NCBI GenBank assembly: GCA_964016885.1
Contig: OZ024752.1
Location: 41,044,001-41,108,000 of the forward strand
Source of the DNA: Eledone cirrhosa
Taxonomy: Eukaryota
DNA length: 64,000 nt
Direction of reading: 5' to 3'
The translations under genes were made by a program, and so were the position numbers. Every line of letters starts with the position of its first letter. The first letter of the stretch is position 1. This document shows positions 61,862 through 64,000 of this stretch, piece by piece. The notes beneath the pieces were generated by a model. That model had not been told where the DNA came from. It was given only the letters and a program-made list of their open reading frames with translations, and did not search any database.

Positions 61862-62339
61862 CGACTGTCGGCTAAAATGTTCATGGACTGAAAAGTTCAT
61901 AAGCTGACCAAGATACTCTCATGGAATGACTAAATGAGGTTTATTTTTTAACATAGTCCCTAGGAGAGGAAACAATGCACTTATTAATTAATAAGAAAAG
62001 TTGAAATTAATGCTTGAAAGATTTAACAGCCTTAGCATCATTCCTTCATAGACTGACCAAGATACTCTGATGGAATGACCAAATGAGATTTATTTCTCAA
62101 CATAGTCCCTAGAAAGAAACAATGCAGTTTTTTTTATTTGAGGGTTGACTAAAAAGTTCATAAGCTGACCAAGATACTCTAATAGAATGAACAAATGAGA
62201 TTTATTTCTCAATATAGTCACTAGAAAGAAACAATGCAGTTATTAATAAAAAGAGTTGAAATTAATGCATGCAAGATTTCACAGCTCTAGCATCACTCGG
62301 TCTTCTGAGTCAGTCTATGAACGTTTCAACTGACCCTCG
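61862..62339. mobile_element. Mariner-type MITE with three internal repeats
   Basis: Right TIR TCAGTCTATGAACGTTTCAACTGACCCTCG|TA, degenerate left TIR after TA; CTGACCAAGATACTCT occurs three times. Confidence 0.65.
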
Positions 62340-62422
62340 TATAATCGACTAAAATAAATAAATTAATAAATATATATATATATATATATTTATTAATTTA
62401 TTTTTTTAAATAAGACTCCAGT

Positions 62423-62456
<34 letters not shown>

Positions 62457-62616
62457 ACTGGAGTCTTATTTAAAAAAATATATATATATTTATTTGGTTC
62501 CTTTACCGGTTTCGCAGTTCTTCTGCTTTTCAAAAGTAGAGTTGAGATGGAGGGTCTGTGGTTTTTCTCACATCTCTCTCTCTATATATATATATATATA
62601 TTTATTAATTTATTTA

Positions 62617-62652
62617 CTTTTGAAAAGCAGAAAAACTGCGAAACCGGTAAAG
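62617..62652 (+). ncRNA. Hammerhead variant with U3-A8 core (family M); mirror copy on minus at about 62501-62536
   Basis: CTT-TTGAAAA-GCAG-AAAAA-CTGC-GAAA-CCGG-TA-AAG. Confidence 0.6.
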
Positions 62653-62891
62653 GAACCAAATATATATATATATTGTTTTATAAATAAGACTTTTCGATTT
62701 CATCTTTTTTTCTTTATACTTTCACTCGTGTAGGACACCTCGGTTATTTTTCATTCTGTAAAAAAAAACCTCACTTTCTAATATATATATATATATATAT
62801 ATTATGGACACTACCGTATATTTTGGTAGATTTATCTACATATATATATATATATATTTATTAATTTATATATATAATTTATATATATATA

Positions 62892-63158
62892 TTAGTAAAA
62901 AGGAAAAGAAAATGCTGACAAATTTTTTCCAGTGAAGTATAGTTTAATTAGAAATAAGTATAAATTAGTAATAAGTATTGGTTAATATTCAGTTTTAGTT
63001 TTAAGTTTTTACCGGTTGCGCATTTCTAATGCTTTTCAAAAAAATTAAAACTAAAACTGAATACTAACCAATACTTATTACTAATTTATACTTATTCCTA
63101 ATTAAACTATTTTTCACTGGGAAAAATTTGTCAGCATTTTCTTTTCCTTTTTACTAAT
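62892..63158. mobile_element. Family L fold-back element
   Basis: About 110 bp arms; minus TTGAAAA-GCATT-AGA-AATGC-GCAA-CCGG-TA near 63007-63042. Confidence 0.75.
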
Positions 63159-63192
63159 ATATCACAACTCGTGTGTCACACCTCTATTTTTT

Positions 63193-63322
<130 letters not shown>

Positions 63323-63443
63323 AAAGTTCTATTTAAAATTGTTGGGATACAACAAGTAAATATTTTATAACTGATATAAAGCACTCGACAAGTTTTTGGA
63401 GTAGATATACGATATTAAATAAATGGAAACTATATTTATAAAA

Positions 63444-63514
<71 letters not shown>

Positions 63515-63764
63515 TTTGAAATCGATGTCTAGGTATGACTGAAAAAAAATATATTAATACGTTGAAGTAACAAAAAAATATTTAGAAATTTTGCAAACGC
63601 TGCAGATGTGAAGAGAAATCATTTAAAATGTTGTAGCAGTTTCTATTTGTTGGGTAACGCCATAATTGTTAATAGTAGTTGGTGTAACACGACTGCAGCT
63701 GTTAACAGCAGCTGTTCAAAGACAGATGCAGCTGTTGTAAAATGACTTGCAGCTGTTAAGAAGG

Positions 63765-63998
63765 CCTCTACATGATCACTCGACTTGCTAGAAATGGCAC
63801 CTAAATCTATAAGATCAATATAAAAATATAGTATTCATTGAAGAATGTAAATCCTACATAGTTAGATATATTGCGTCTGAGAAAAAGAAGATCTGGAATG
63901 GTTATTCGTTAGAACGTCCTTGAGTAATATGTCTGCTGAGACAGGACTGATCTGTGATTAAACAACAACAGCAACAGCAACAGCAACAGCAACAACAA
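63765..63998 (+). repeat. Old interspersed repeat ending in (CAA/CAG)n; related pieces at about 50330-50550 (+) and 30985-31150 (-)
   Basis: Shared TGCTAGAAAT(A/G)GCA.CTAAAT motif and simple-repeat tail. Confidence 0.45.
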
Positions 63999-64000
63999 CT

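Overview
AT-rich, microsatellite-saturated eukaryotic DNA. The SINE repertoire and extreme (TA)n/(CA)n/(GA)n content suggest an octopod cephalopod; this is recalled resemblance, not a search result. Almost every ORF in the supplied track is a microsatellite artefact. Host features are few: one probable protein-coding start running off the left edge (252->1, minus) and two tandemly duplicated tRNA-Arg(CCT) genes. The rest is interspersed repeats: two tRNA-derived SINE families, RTE-type LINE 3' ends, a CRE-like endonuclease fragment, Tc1/mariner- and piggyBac-type MITEs, and minisatellites. The main signal is about 15 distinct families (over 30 insertions) of 80-400 bp non-coding elements sitting in (TA)n tracts. 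Most carry type I hammerhead ribozyme folds, including unusual core variants (U3-A8 covariation, U10.1-U11.1, no stem II). They share a two-ended fold-back architecture and often a GAGTRC tail motif. They are best read as termini or non-autonomous derivatives of Penelope-like retroelements. All folds and alignments were done by eye; none is computationally or experimentally confirmed.
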